From positions 38,936,001 through 39,000,000 of the forward strand of contig OX597829.1 of the NCBI GenBank assembly GCA_951406725.2: 64,000 nucleotides of DNA, written 5' to 3'. Numbering within the stretch: the first letter of the stretch is position 1; each line of letters starts with the position of its first letter. Below the pieces are notes generated by a model. It made no database searches, was not told where the DNA came from, and saw only the letters and a program-made list of their open reading frames with translations. A program made the position numbers and the translations under genes. Origin of the DNA: Octopus vulgaris (Eukaryota). Shown here in pieces: positions 1-11,984 of this stretch.

Positions 1-439
1 TGTTCAAATGTCAGGTCTCAGGTGAAATGAAAGCAAAGAAGTGGAGGCACAATCTGAGTTACAAAGAGCTTAAATAAAGAAAGAACTTTGGAGTGAGGGA
101 GAGAATAAGTAGGAAAAATAAGAGGGTGAAGAGAAAGTGAAAAGAGGAGGGGAAAAGAGATATGAATAGAGAGTGAAAACAAGAGGAAGTGTACTAGCAA
201 GGAAAAAGTGAAAGGTGCATGTAAAAGTGTTTTGTACTATGATAGAGGTGAAGGTGGATGAATGGAAGGTGGTGTAGTAGGGTCTAGTATGCTACCATTA
301 CCATACTATTCATAACTGAAGAGATGGAGTAGCTGAGGCAGATGAGGTACTGTTCTTTTTAGAAATGAGAGACAGGAAATCTGTAGTGTGAAATAATACC
401 ACAGACTGAGAGAGGAGAAGCAGTGTGTGCAGGTGAGTT

Positions 440-1370
440 AAAATAGTGCCTAACTGGTGATGTGGTGGTGTTTTGGCAGATCTCTCAAAATAGTTCAGTG
501 ATTTGATCCACTAACCTATAGCTATTTTTCTCCAATGTGTAGGAGACCACAGAACTGATTTTTAAGATACTAAATAACATTTTTAGAGATGCAGGTAAAA
601 TGACAAGTAGTACAGGAGTGATGTTGGTGGGACTCAAGATGCATGGCTGTGTGTTGAATGAAGGACATGTTACACTGGGTTTGTGAGCAGGGGAAAGATG
701 CAATTTGAGTGTTACGGTTGGGATTAGAAGAGCTGCAAACTGAAATGTCATGCAAATTACAAGCCCATTTAAAGCAAAGGGTCATTCATGGAAATTGCAG
801 TGATAACTGTAGTATGTAGAAAGAGTACAAGATGGATTATTGATGAGATAAAATAAAAATGGAAGGTGATGGAAAAGGTCAAATGGTCAAAGGTATAGAG
901 TATGAGTGTAAAGATGCAATCAATGTTAGGAGAGCAGAGGAAGAGGGTATTATTGAAAATAATCAGGGGATAACCTTGATACAAGAATTGGAGTGTCAAC
1001 AAGTGGAACTGAGCTTTCAAATCATGATCATGGTTACAGAGATGGCAAAAATATAGGAATTATGAGTAGAGGATGGAAGATTTAGAATAGATGGGGTGGA
1101 AAGTGGTGTAGTCAGTTGGCTCATAGAAAATGGACATGGAGTGAGAAAGGTTTTGATAATAAATGGGGAAAGAGATATCAAGGAAATTGACAGGATGGGA
1201 TGGTCAAAGGAATTAAAAGGCTGTGTGGAAGGACTTGATGAAAGTGATGAGTTGAATATGGGAGAGAAAGGTGGTTCTGGTGTAGTTATCTGTATACTTA
1301 TACACAGAGGTGACACCAGCAAACAGGTCAAAGACTTGAGCCATAACATAACCTACAAAATCATTAATGT
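440..1370 (-). mobile_element. Degenerate Penelope-like element (RT C-terminus plus GIY-YIG endonuclease) relic
   Basis: Broken minus-strand frames give, in order, TSVYKYTD, QFLYQGYP, PCSQTQC, HFTCISKNVI and (frameshifted) HIGEK / YRLVDQITE. This matches the PLE pattern VYxKxT...FxxRGYP...C-x-C linker...FTCxSxNVIY...YIGExxxxLxxRxxEH. Many stops and frameshifts. Confidence 0.6.
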
Positions 1371-1678
1371 AACTAGAGCCTATTCTAGTTCCTATGGTCA
1401 CTTCAGTTCTATTCTAGTTCCTATGGTCACTTCAGTAATCTGCTAGTTAAATTTACTATAAAAAGAGCAATTCAAAGTAAGGACAAAAGTAAAGGCATGT
1501 TCAGTAAAGTGGAGGAGAGTAGAAGTGCTGGGGTCAATGATAATGCAATAGTCTAAGAGTACATGATGATGAGAAGACAATCATCCTTTCAGTAAAGAGT
1601 GTATAGGGAATTAGTATGTTTTATTTGCTTCCTTTTTGGTTCTTACTGACTCTCAATGTTAGAGAGTCAATATATATG

Positions 1679-1712
<34 letters not shown>

Positions 1713-1844
1713 TTGGAAGGGCATCCAGCAGTAAAAATCCTGGCAAAACAGTCACAGAAGTCTGGTGCAAGCTTCAGCCTGGCTGGCTCTTGTGGTACTA
1801 TCCCACCCATGCTAGCATGAAACACAGACGTTAAATGATAATGA

Positions 1845-2160
1845 TATCTATCTATATATATATCTATATATCTATATATATATATATCTATATATCTATA
1901 TCTATATATCTATATCTATATATCTATATTTAGATATATATCTACATCTATATATCTATCTACATATCTATCTCCATCTATATATCTATCTACATATCTA
2001 TCTACATTTATATATCTATCTACATCTATATATCTATCTATATCTATATATCTATCTATCTATCTATCTATATCTATATATCTATCTATCTATCTATCTA
2101 TATCTATATATATATATATATATATATACATACACACACACACACACATACATACATACA
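1845..2160. repeat. (TATC)n/(TA)n/(CA)n compound microsatellite
   Basis: Visible directly. Confidence 0.95.
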
Positions 2161-3060
2161 TCTGCTTTTCAAATGGATGCAAGAGTCAGACAATATGCAT
2201 GGAGATAGACTGGATGCCTTTCCAATTTTCAAACCCAACCCACTTGTTACCAAGCAAGATCATATTTTTAACAGCTGGACATGTTTTTACAGAGGATTAA
2301 AAGTAAAGGATACAATGTGCGTGACAGTGGTGCTCATTTTACAACTAGTATGTGATGTAAAGACAAAGAAAGAACCAAATATGCCTCCAGACACAAGCAA
2401 TGTGTATGTATATATATATATGTAATGTGTGTGTGTGTGTGTGTGTGCATGCGCGTGTATTTATATGCACATATATACATACTCATACATACAGAGATTT
2501 AGATGTGTGTGGGACTGTAAATCATCAAACTCTCATCTTCCATGCTGGCATGGGTTGAACACGTGTGTGAATGTATGCCTGTATCTTGTCTGTATTAGGA
2601 TGTGTAACAAACACCCATGGATACAAACTGAGTGAAAATTTAATAGTAATGTGGGAGCTGGGTTACTTGACATGATAAGTAAAGCTAATATATGGAATGT
2701 AATGGAGAGTCAAAATTTTAAGTGCATGGTAATAACTTGATACATGTTTCACTTTTATCAAACCTCCTCAGCAAACTATAATCTAATTGTTTCTGGCATG
2801 GAAAGTACATAGAATTTTTGTGAATAAGTGTATTATACAAGCTACATATATTCAGGGATGTCTGTATATTATAAGCATGTGAATACATTCCATTATATAT
2901 ATATATATAAATATACACACACACACATATATACATATATAAGATACTGATGAATTAGGTACTTAAATTGAGGCACCTCATTAGGTCAGAATAGCATACA
3001 TACACAACAACATTATGTAAATATCAAACTTGGTACATAAGTATTGTCCGAATGGTACAA

Positions 3061-3291
3061 GGCGGCGAGCTGGCAGAAACGTTAGCTTGCCGGGTGAAAT
3101 GCTGAGCAGTATTTCGTCTGACGCAACATTCTGAATTCAAATTCCGCCGAGGTTGACTTTGCCTTTCATTCTTTTGGGGTCGATAAATTAAGTACCAGTT
3201 ATGCACTGGGATCGAAGCAATCGACTTAATCCGTTTGTCTGTCCTTGTTTGTCCCTTCTGTGTTTAGCCCCTTGTGGGTAGTAAAGAAATA
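3061..3291 (+). mobile_element. SINE family B (tRNA-like head, Deu/Nin-like central domain, tail ending GCCCCTTGTGGGTAGTAAAGAAATA), full length
   Basis: GGCGGCGAGCTGGCAG head, B-box-like (G/A)TTCAAATTCC, central GACTTTGCCTTTCATCCTTTxGGGGTCGATAAA; more than 10 related copies in the window. The Deu/Nin assignment is from memory of that domain. Confidence 0.85.
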
Positions 3292-3629
3292 GGTATTCAT
3301 GCAGTGTATGGAGACAATTAGACCCAGCTGAGTAAAGAAATCTGCTCTTGAGCTATTCAGACAAATACATTATATTAAATATACGGTCCATAATGTTTAC
3401 GAAGGGCAGATTCCAAGACAGGTGTATAAAAACATGAGTAACAGTAGATGTACAGGTGTCAATCCATTACAGCAGTTTCTAATGACTCTTTTAACAGATT
3501 AATGAAAATGGTTTCTTTACAATGATGTAACGTTTTCATTAATCAAAAGAAGTTGCTAGAAATGGTTGTAATGGATTGACACCTATACCTCTACTGTTAC
3601 TCATATATATATATATATATATATATTTT

Positions 3630-3823
3630 ATTTGTTGCAGTCATTTGACTGTGGCCATGCTGGAGCACTGCCTTTAGTCGAGCAAATCGACCCCAGGATA
3701 ATCTTTGTAAGCCTAGTACTTATTCTATTGGTCTCTTTTGCCGAACCGCTAAGTTATGGAGACGTAAACACACCAGCATCGGTTGTCAAGCGATGTTGGG
3801 GGGACAAACACAGACACACAAAC

Positions 3824-3870
<47 letters not shown>

Positions 3871-4350
3871 ACGGGCTTCTTTCAGTTTCCATCTACCAAA
3901 TCCATTCACAAGGCTTTGGTCAGCCCGAGGCTATAGGGGTAAAGACCCCCTTCGGTCATGAATGACCATGGGATTGCACCTAGAAAGTTACCCTCCTAGA
4001 CAAGTCCGGGCAAGGTTGTTTTATGGAAGACCAGCAGTCGCCCATGCATACCAACCTCCCCTCTCCACGACACCAGTGTTATCCAAGGGAAAGACAAAGG
4101 TCGATACAGCTTGGCACCAGTGACGTCGCAACTCATTTCTACAGCTGAGTGAACTGGAGCAACGTGAAATAATGTGCCTTGCTCAAGAACACAACACGCA
4201 GCCCGGTCCGGGATTCGAGCTCACAACCTCACGATCGTAAGCTCGACACTAACCACTAGTAGAAGACATTTGCCCAAGGTGCCACGTAGTGGGACTGAAC
4301 CCAGAACCATGTGGTTCGTAAGCAAGCTACTTACCACACAGCCACTCCTA
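3630..4350 (-). mobile_element. SINE family A (tRNA-like head, CORE-like ACCTTGGGCAAG segment, internal (TA)n slot, (TAAAAGAG)n tail), interrupted by a family C SINE
   Basis: Matches copies at 28373, 31665, 35740, 37760, 47975, 53499 and 56939; split at GGCTATAG/TAGAAGAC. Confidence 0.85.
3937..4256 (-). mobile_element. SINE family C (tRNA-like head, GTGTTCTTGAGCAAG), nested in family A
   Basis: Minus strand GTGGTTAG...GAGCTCGAATCCCGGACCGGGCTGCGTGTTGTGTTCTTGAGCAAGGCAC; related copies near 32113-32372 and 50405-50692. Confidence 0.8.
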
Positions 4351-5017
4351 TATATATACATAGATACATATACTATAATCATCATTTAATGGCTATGTTC
4401 CATGCGGGTATAGGTTGAATGATATGACAAGATCAAATGGTGGGCCCAAGGACTGCATTGTACATGGTTTGTGAAGTTTCAACAGCTGGATACCCTTCCT
4501 AATGCTAACTCCTTTATAGTGAGTACTGGGTACATTTTTTCCTGCCATCAACATTAGTGAAGCCATAGTTCAGTTTACAAGACTATGAACTTTATAACAG
4601 ATGTGGAATAAAGAGGGACAAAGTATGAAAGGAAAGGGCCAGAGCAGATGTTTCTTTCCATAGAGAAGTTACATGGCTACTCACATTTTTATAGAGCAAT
4701 GAGAGCAAACAGGTAGGGTTGGTGACAATAAGGTATCAGGGTGGACTTTCTACATTTGAGGTGGGTAGGATTTAATGGGGTAGTAGTAATCTCAATGTTA
4801 TTTAAATTTAAAATGAATACAAATGTTTCAATACCACATTTGGTTTTAATCTAACAACTGATTTGAAATGAAACATGGATGAAATGTAGGCTTTCCTTTT
4901 AGTGATTGCAACTGGAAGTCCAAATTATAAGCTATCAGCTAATTTGCTCGTTACTGGAGCTGCTAATATACTTGGTGTTACGGAAATGGAGCACGTTAAT
5001 ATGAATGGCAGCAATAA

Positions 5018-5240
5018 AAGGCGGCAAGCTGGCAGAATCATTAGCATGCCAGGCAAAATGCTTAGTGACATTTCATTTGTTTTAACATTCTGAGTTCAAA
5101 TTCCGCCGAGGTTGACTTTACCTTTCATCCTTTTGGGGTAGATAAATTAAGTACCAGCTGAGCAGTGGGGGTCAATATAATCAACTTATCCTCTCCCTGA
5201 ACATGCTGGCCTTGTGCCAAAATTTGAAACTAATATTAAT
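5018..5240 (+). mobile_element. SINE family B variant with alternative tail (CCTTGTGCCAAAATTTGAAAC)
   Basis: Same head and central domain as 3061, different 3' end. Confidence 0.75.
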
Positions 5241-6412
5241 GGCAACAACAATACACACCGATAATACTTTTGTGCTTTGCCTTTGTACTGTATGTAATGT
5301 GTTGGTTCAATAAAAAAAAAAAACTGTCTGTCAGCATGTGCATGGTCTCCTCTCTCTGCTTCTACTACCACAACAGACACTGCTGTTGCTACCAGCGCCT
5401 CCACCCCTTGGATCTGGTTGGTTACAATACACTATTCAAGCACTCCTCCTCTCATCTCTCTTATTTACTTATTTAATCCCTTTCTGCATCTGAATCAACC
5501 TCTGGTTCTATGATATAAAAAAGAAGTAATTCCAAAGAAGGGGGCGATCATGTGATCACTCAATCTGTCTGAAAAAGCAACCAAAATCTACTTGAAGACA
5601 GATACTGTTATCTTGAATAAGTAAAAGACTCATTAGAGAATGCAGCCTTAGATATTCCTAAAATAATGGGATGGTCACTCTAGGAATCACATTGATGATA
5701 AATCCACTCAATCAGAGAGCTAACTAGCAAGTACGACTCTCACATTAAAAGTTCCATATTCAAAATTAAAATCTTCCATTATGATGTTCTTGTATGAACA
5801 TTTTTAAGTTATGTTCCAAACATTAACAGAATGAAAATAATTATTTTAGCTGAGCACTCCAAATTCTTGATTATTTTCAAAATTAATTATTTAAAAAAAA
5901 AAAATGAAATATATTTAATTTTTAAAAAAATGTATTTAATTAAATCTATTGTAACAAACAAAAGGGTTAATTATACACACATACATACACAGATATAAAC
6001 ACACACACATACATACATACATACACAACTGTTGCCATCATTTTACAACCATTTTCTTTGCTGGCATTGATTGGATGGGTTGTTGCTGCTCTGGTAGACA
6101 TGTTGGTAATTTCTCATGGACCATACTGCATTACCTTCGTATCTTTAATCACTTCATCCATCATTCATTTAGTCAGTTTTAGCAAAAAAAAAACTGCTTC
6201 TAAAGCTTTATTTCCCATTTAAAAATCTACATTAAAAGGGACCTGCGCCGGTGGAAACATAAAACACCCATGCAGGTGATACACATAAAGCACCTATGTA
6301 GGTGCCACATAAAGGTGTGTTATAGGAAGTTAACTCTGAAACTGCATTGTTTCACATTCCATCATTTTACATGGCATCTTAGGCAAGTGTTTCCTTTTAT
6401 AACTTTCATCAT

Positions 6413-6650
6413 TATCATCATCATCATCGTTTAACATCCGCTTTCCATGCTAGCATGGGTTGGACGATTTGACTGAGGTCTGGCAAACCAGATGGCTGCA
6501 CTAGGCTCCATTCTGATCTGGCAGAGTTTCTACAGCTGGATGCCCTTCCTAATGCCAACCACTCAGAGTGTAGTGGGTGCTTTTTACGCACCACCGTCAT
6601 GAGGGCCAGTCAGGCAGTACTGGCAGCGGCCATGCTCAAATGGTGCTTTT
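6413..6650 (-). mobile_element. RTE-clade LINE 3' end fragment with (GAT)n tail
   Basis: Same 3' sequence as the RT-bearing copy at 15679-16860. Confidence 0.8.
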
Positions 6651-7060
6651 TTTGTAAGTGGAATTTGGCAGGTGGAAACTGTACAGAAGTGTGTGTGTGT
6701 GTGTGTGTGTGGTAGAAATTGTATGTACAAATAAATGCATGACTGTTACTGCTACATTTAGAGCTCCACATGGATTATCATAATCCAGTCTGCTTCCTGT
6801 ATAGTAGTTAGACAGCTTCTATAGTAAGTATTACTATTTATGAATTACGGAACAAATGTAGGAAACATAAGAATAAATACAAGTTTATATTAAAGTCCCT
6901 ACACACGTTTCACCATTATGGTTGTTTGGATCAGATGTAATTGAGCTTCTAAATGCACTTGGAACACCTATTGCTGGGCTCCAAACAACTATAATGGCAA
7001 CATGCATGAAGGAACAATAACAAACTAGTGTTAAACCTTATTTCACACACACATACACAT

Positions 7061-7258
7061 ATTTTCACAATATATATATAAAATTAAATTAGAGATAAAA
7101 CCACTATTAGGCAACTCAAACAGTGATAGACATAAACCAATACATAAATAACAAAAAAATATTTATGTTATTTATGTATTGGCTTATGTCTATCACTGTT
7201 TGAGTTGCCTAATAGTGGTTTTATCTCTAATTTAATTTATATTTATACTGTGAAATTT
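7061..7258. repeat. Long near-perfect inverted repeat (72-bp core arms, 14-nt spacer)
   Basis: 7081-7152 is the reverse complement of 7167-7238 with one mismatch; weaker ~20-bp extension outward. Confidence 0.9.
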
Positions 7259-8085
7259 GATTTAATCCTAAATCTAACTTTTATACACATATTCAAATGT
7301 ATATATTGTGTGTGTGTGTGTACATGTATCCTTATAGGTATATATACATGTGTGTTTCCATTTCTTTGACATCGTTACTGAGTGAGCAAAGCTGGTCTTA
7401 TAATAAACAATATGTCCCATAGCTCTGCAGTTTCATTAAGTGTGAGGTGGGGAAAATCAGAGGAATAGAAATTCTTGACATAAAAAACAAGGGTGAATGA
7501 TACAATGGCACAACTGGGCATACACCTGGCTGTGGAATCTTGGAATCTTGCCTCTACAAGGCTCATCCAATCTATTCCAGCACGGAAAAAAAATTACATG
7601 AAAATAACAATTATATCATATTTATGTTTACATATTGGTGTTTTTTTTAATTTTTCTGTTGAACCATATTGTAATCTATTTATATTATGTCCTAAAGGTA
7701 AACAAAGAAATTGCTGTTGTTGTTGTTGTTTCAGTTGTTACTGTGCAGGACTAATTGAGAAAGCTGTAGCCAGAAAACATTTAATAGGAATATCTTGAAT
7801 ATCTGATACAATCAAGAAAACCTATTAAATTCTTTGCATTAAATTAATAGTCAATTATGGAAGTTTGTAAAATCAGTATCATAAAGAGGTTATTCCAATG
7901 CAATATTATACATTAGAGCCCATCCAACATGCTGGCTCATGTGTTGCTGCATTCCAAGGTAATAATATTTCTCAATAATTATATTGTTGTTATTGTTATT
8001 ATGATATTTGTTTAGCCTGAAGTGGGCTTTGACTGAGGAGACCTACAGTAAGGGAGATTCCAGTCATGACCATTCCTTCAGACTG

Positions 8086-8420
8086 TCATCATCGTTTAAC
8101 ATCCGCTTTCCATGCTAGCATGGGTTGGATGGTTCAACCGGGGTCTGGGAAGCCAGGAGGCTGCACCAGGCCGAGTCTGATCTGGCAGTGTTTCTACAGC
8201 TGGATGCCCTTCCTAATGCCAACCACTCTGTGAGTGTAGTGGGTGCCTTTTATGTGCCACCAGCACAGGTGCCAGGCGAGGCTGGCAACAGCCACGATCA
8301 GTTGTTGCTTTTTACGTGCCACTGGCACGGAGGCCAGTCGAGGCAGCACTGGCAACAGCCACGTCCGGATGGTTCTTTTACGTGCCACCAGCACAGGTAT
8401 CACAAATACAATTTCCATTG
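8086..8420 (-). mobile_element. RTE-clade LINE 3' UTR fragment with ~50-bp internal subrepeats
   Basis: Homologous to 15679-16150; recurring TTTTA(C/T)GTGCCAC motif. Confidence 0.8.
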
Positions 8421-8975
8421 ATTTTTGATCGATTTCGATTGACTTTGTTATCTTATATGGTTTCTCACTTTTAAAATGATGGGGCAGTATTGCCCAACCA
8501 TTTCACTACCAAGACCCCCTTAAATTATAAAGAATTTTCTGCAACAGAATCCTGAGTTTATTTCTTTATTTTTTAATTTTTTTTGAAAAGTTCATGTAGT
8601 CAAAGTCAATTTAATTAATTAACAACAAACTCATTTTCCCAGTTCCATCTCTCAATTGAAAGATATATGTAACAGAATAATTAATATGGAAAACTTTTAA
8701 AATTTTGGATTTAAGACAGATTTCCCCTATACTTTCAAACAAGTCAAGTAATTGCAATAAGGCTACTAATATATAATTCTTTCTACAATGGACACAGGTC
8801 TGAGTGGGGTAGTTGATTATACTGATACCTGTGCTCTACTGATATTTATTTTATTAACCCCAAAACAATGAAAGGTAAAGTCAATCTTGGTGATATTTGA
8901 ACTCAGAACATGTTAATGCAGTTCTATATTTAAGAGATGAGGAATTATTTACATTATTTATATTTGATGGATATA

Positions 8976-9194
8976 TACTCTTTACTCTTTTACTCTTTTA
9001 CTTGTTTCAGTCATTTGACTGCGGCCATGCTGGAGCACCGCCTTTAGTCGAGCAAATCGACCCCAGGACTTATTCTTTGTAAGCCCAGTACTTATTCTAT
9101 CGGTCTCTTTTGCCGAACCGCTAAGTGATGGGGACGTAAACATGCCAGCATCGGTTGTCAAGCAATGCTAGGGGGACAAACACAGACACACAAA
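8976..9194 (-). mobile_element. 5'-truncated SINE family A inserted into the left arm of the hammerhead element
   Basis: (CTCTTTTA)n tail plus family A 3' half; splits GGATAT from ATCTT(A/G)TTTGTTGTTAACAC. Confidence 0.85.
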
Positions 9195-9209
9195 TCTTAT
9201 TTTGTTGTT

Positions 9210-9255
9210 AACACAGCATTTCGGCTGATATACACTCCAGTCTTCATCAGGTGTC
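9210..9255 (-). ncRNA. Minimal type I hammerhead ribozyme motif, degenerate copy 1
   Basis: Minus strand GACAC-CUGAUGA-A-GACUG(10 nt)CAGCC-GAAA-UGCU-GUGUU; core boxes intact, stem II has one mismatch, stem III palindrome mutated. Confidence 0.6.
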
Positions 9256-9340
9256 TTGGGGAAATTTTGAACCTGGGTTCTCATTGGCAGGGTATTTTTC
9301 GATGTTGTTGTTGTTATTATTATTATTATTACTATTATTA

Positions 9341-9413
9341 AGGTCACTGCCTGGAATCGAACTTGGAATCTTGGGGATAGTAGCCCACGCTCTTAACCAC
9401 TACGCCATATGCC
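9341..9413 (-). promoter_or_regulatory. tRNA-derived Pol III head (A and B boxes)
   Basis: GGCATA-TGGCGTAGTGG-TTAAGAGCG...AA-GTTCGATTCC-AGGCAGTGACC, 73 nt with tRNA-like box spacing. Confidence 0.75.
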
Positions 9414-9476
9414 TATGATAATAATAACATCAAAAAATACTTTAAGAATGAGAATCCAGGTCTGAAATTTCCCCAA

Positions 9477-9519
9477 GACACCTGATGAAGGCTGGAGGGT
9501 ATATCAACCAAAACGTGTT
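9477..9519 (+). ncRNA. Minimal type I hammerhead ribozyme motif, degenerate copy 2
   Basis: GACAC-CUGAUGA-A-GGCUG(10 nt)CAACC-AAAA-CGUGUU; GAAA box changed to AAAA at a CpG site and a 3-nt deletion. Confidence 0.5.
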
Positions 9520-10544
9520 AACAATAAACAAGATGAGGACAAATATCCGTCAAATGTAAATAATGTTCAGAACATGTTTCTCTGAGCTGTAACAAGACTA
9601 GGTGTTGAACAAATCTTAAAACAAAAAAAGGAAAGCATGTTGCATTTAGTTATAGTCAAATGACTACCAAAATAAGGTGGAGGGGGGTGAAGAGTTAAAG
9701 AAAACCATTCTCTTTTACATTCCATTTTGTATTTACAAAAAGCTGTACTGATTTAATGTTGGGTGGCCACCTAAAAGGTTTGACCAGATGCATTTCAGGT
9801 ATAATCACAGTTAAATTGTACCCATGATAAATAAGGCAATTAACTTGATAATACCCAAGTCTATTTAGCTGTGCACTAATAACATGACAAAAAAATTTGT
9901 TTCATTTGTTTCAGAAATAATTGTGAGAATGTAAAATGAGGAAACAAGGGATGAAAAGAGATGGAGGGAAAGAGAGTGAAAAATTTACAGAAGTGAAGGC
10001 TAAAACTACAGGTGTTTAATATTCTAATCTAGGTGTTTATTACTCGTTAAATACTCTAACATTAAGCCAGATTCAAGAAAACCAGACAAACAAATTTGAA
10101 AGATAAACAAGTGATTGAAATTTCGTAGACTTAAAAAGATATATAACTTTGAAGTTAAAGTTCTATAATTTACAAAATAGTCTCTTCTGATGTAAAGTAA
10201 ATAGCAGTGTATTTTAAATTCATATTTTAATATATTTTGTATAAATAATTAATAATTTATAAAAAAAAAAATTAAAAAAAGATTTTAATTTCTAGTAGAT
10301 GAAAGAATCTGTGAATATATTATCCCAAATTGACAGAAAAAGGCAAGAAATCTAAATGTGATCAGTTCTGTGTGAAAATATATTCAATAATTAATACTGG
10401 GTGAATTTAATATCAATCTCATATAAACATGGGTATAATATAAGATTGCAACAAATATTGGTATAACATAGGAATTTAAAACAAATTATATAACATATAC
10501 ACAAATACTTTATGTATAATATCCATATATCGAATTTAATATAT

Positions 10545-10551
10545 ATTATAT

Positions 10552-10586
<35 letters not shown>

Positions 10587-10604
10587 CATATAACATATCA
10601 TGTA

Positions 10605-10656
<52 letters not shown>

Positions 10657-10757
10657 CATATGTAATATATATACATCATATGTAACATATATATTATACA
10701 TACATATATATATATATATATGTTACACATATATAATATATATATTTAACATAAATA

Positions 10758-10839
<82 letters not shown>

Positions 10840-10860
10840 TGTGTGTGTGTGTGTGTGTGA
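10545..10860. repeat. (CA)n/(TA)n/(TG)n microsatellite cluster
   Basis: Visible directly. Confidence 0.9.
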
Positions 10861-11984
10861 AAGTAAATATTATTTACTGCATAATATCTTCAACATAAAT
10901 ATTCAAGCTATATAAACTCTAGTTGATTGTTCTATGTGTGGTGTGTGTGTGTGTATAAATAATTAATGTAGGCACTGGTAATCAATGTGTACCAAACAGG
11001 AAAACTATAACCAACATTAACTTTGATTGAGTGTGTTAGAAACACCTACATTACTATGAAGAGCTAAATGCTCTAATGGTGCAGTCACAGCACATAATTG
11101 TGAAGATACACACTGACAGGGACCGTAATCACCTGAAAAGGAGCAGTCAAAGATATCCCCAGACTGATCAGTCAGTTTCAGCTTTTTTTGCCATAGCCTC
11201 TTCAGTGGGGTCGGACCGACTTGGTCAGGCCAATCAAATTCCAACGGTCTGGATTTTTATTTTTGCATATTTACAATTTTGCAATATTACATATTACTGT
11301 ATTACAAGTACTTTCTTGTTTTATAACAATCTTCAGGTAAACATTTATGCAGTAACATTAACAAACAGTAATGTACTTCACATTTGACAACTGTAGTGAA
11401 ATAACTGAATCTTTCCTTCACTTCCTGGAAGGATCCAGCAGGCTGAAGCTAATAAACACTATTTAAACCAATCAACGTGTAGTTTAGGTGTCAAGGTTTG
11501 ATGAATGTGGCAACACAGTCATCATTGATAACACTCACTTTTAGAAACATTTTAACCAACCAGAGACACAGAGGATTAGGCTACAATCAGATGTTGGAAA
11601 ATGACTACAAACCATAGTCCTGTTTCAATTATTTTAAAATTAAATTAAGTGAAAATTTGGACTAATTATACTGTCAGTATTACTACAGATTAAGAGTAAA
11701 ATTACATTTAAATCAATATATTATTGTCATAGTTGCCATCATTATTGGCCATATAAGATGGATTTAAGCTGCTCAATAAAGTTCTTTTCTATTACTTTTC
11801 TTCTAATTTCACTTGAGTCATAAAGCATAAAACATGGAATTATTTTTAATATTGTAAAAATATCAAATAAAACGGAAGTAAAAAAAAATGTTGGAATCTG
11901 ATTGACCAATGTAAAATTATGTATAGACAATTTTACAAACCCTGAACATACTGAGAGAAGATCGAAAATGCATTAAATTCTTAT

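Larger units (their letters stand above)
8915..9566 (-). mobile_element. tRNA-headed SINE-like element with Penelope-type hammerhead-motif tail and an inverted second tail copy
   Basis: 12-bp direct repeat TCAGAACATGTT at 8903-8914 and 9567-9578; tRNA-like head 9413-9341; inverted arms about 9195-9310 and 9420-9566, with the distal left arm at 8920-8975. Confidence 0.75.

Noticed and set aside
1380-1436. 29-bp tandem duplication (and a 39-bp one at 40291-40368)
   Set aside because: Ordinary two-copy slippage duplications with no further structure
9341-9413. Functional tRNA gene
   Set aside because: Acceptor and T stems pair poorly and it is fused to a repeat tail inside a TSD-bounded insertion; treated as a SINE head
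11017-11387. Short unique-sequence ORFs (75 and 103 aa)
   Set aside because: No recognisable motif or convincing splice-site pair; same for ORFs at 26316, 27011 and 61760
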